A stretch of DNA of 43,141 bases from NCBI GenBank assembly GCA_963835065.1, contig CAWIEK010000069.1:1-43141 (forward strand). The letters are read 5' to 3'. Each line of letters opens with the position of its first letter. Positions within the stretch are counted from its first letter, which is position 1. The notes under the pieces are model-generated. The model ran no database searches and was not told the origin of the DNA. It saw nothing but the letters and a program-made list of their open reading frames with translations. The DNA comes from an uncultured Chthonomonadaceae bacterium (lineage in GTDB: Bacteria; Armatimonadota; Chthonomonadetes; Chthonomonadales; Chthonomonadaceae). Shown here in pieces: positions 42,313 through 43,141 of this stretch. Made by a program: the position numbers and the translations under genes.

Positions 42313-43141
42313 TTGAAAGTTCCCCTTGCGGACTTGCGGGCACAGTATGCGCGCTTGAAAACCGACATTGACGCGGCGGTTGCTGACGTGCTGGCAAGCG
42401 GCGGTTATATTGACGGCGACCGAGTGCATCGGCTTGAAGATGATATTGCGGCGTTGTGCGGCGCGCGCTATGGCATTGGCGTCGCTTCCGGCACGGATGC
42501 GCTGGTGTTAGCCTTCGTTGCCTGCGGCGTCGGCGCGGGCGATGAGGTGATTACCACGCCGTTCACGTTTGGCGCGACCACGGAAGCCATTGCGCTTGTC
42601 GGAGCCACAGCCGTTTACGCGGACATTGATATTTGCACGTTCAATCTGGACACCAGCCAGATTGAAGCCGTGATTACGTCGCGCGCCAAAGCTATACTTC
42701 CCGTAGACTTGTTCGGGCAAATGGCGGACCGGGCCGCGCTTGCCGACATCTGCCATCGGCACAAGCTGTTTTTGATTGCCGACGCGGCGCAGGCCATTGG
42801 ATCGCTGCAAAACGGCCAGCCGGTTGCCAGTTCCGCGGATGTGACCACGCTTTCGTTTTATCCGACCAAAAATCTGGGCGCGGCGGGCGATGCGGGCATG
42901 GCGCTGACCAATGACGCCGATCTTGCGCAAAGCATCCGCAGCCTGCACGGGCACGGGCAAAAAGGTTATGGCTACCACGAGCGCATCGGCTATTGCAGCC
43001 GTCTCGACGCGCTGCAGGCCGCGATTTTGAGCGTAAAGCTGCCCTATCTAAATGATTGGAACGAGGCGCGAAGACGCAACGCCATGCGCTACAACGAATT
43101 GTTGGGCGACCTGAGCGGCACGGAACTGATGCTGCCCAATT
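42313..43141 (+). CDS. DegT/DnrJ/EryC1/StrS PLP-dependent sugar aminotransferase, runs off the right edge
   Basis: Not in the ORF track. AGGAGG RBS and TTG start; MKVPLADLRAQY...ASGTDAL...GDEVITTPFTF...DAAQAIG...SFYPTKNLGAAGDAG...SRLDALQAAIL. Confidence 0.93.
   Translation, partial: MKVPLADLRAQYARLKTDIDAAVADVLASGGYIDGDRVHRLEDDIAALCGARYGIGVASGTDALVLAFVACGVGAGDEVITTPFTFGATTEAIALVGATAVYADIDICTFNLDTSQIEAVITSRAKAILPVDLFGQMADRAALADICHRHKLFLIADAAQAIGSLQNGQPVASSADVTTLSFYPTKNLGAAGDAGMALTNDADLAQSIRSLHGHGQKGYGYHERIGYCSRLDALQAAILSVKLPYLNDWNEARRRNAMRYNELLGDLSGTELMLPN

Overview
Bacterial chromosomal window, GC-rich with one AT-richer island. The gene content (DUF1501, dnaK-dnaJ-hspR, T-box-controlled valS, SecA with a large insert) suggests an Armatimonadota-like organism; this is inference only. 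Left to right: the leader end of a CRISPR array (5 repeats, no cas genes in view); a DUF1501 Tat protein; a toxin-antitoxin cluster; an AT-richer three-gene operon (DUF1998 SF2 helicase with an RNase H-like tail, small unknown protein, TPR-cold-shock protein) that is a candidate undescribed defence system; secA; an ECF sigma/anti-sigma/STN locus; dnaK-dnaJ-hspR with a HAIR-like operator; an EAL-CBS-GGDEF protein; a secreted beta-propeller protein; a ferredoxin-NADP reductase; T-box-valS; an M48 peptidase; a GNAT; and sugar-nucleotide genes. The most striking unexplained signal is a family of about 15 short elements built from 7-nt (some 9-nt) tandem units, mostly arranged as inverted arms. They sit directly behind stop codons, nest in one another and occur in-frame inside valS, a nucleotidyltransferase, a GNAT and DUF1501. 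One 70-bp module occurs almost identically in two unrelated genes. About a dozen single-base frameshifts, including in dnaK and valS, indicate indel-prone sequence, so split genes should be treated cautiously.
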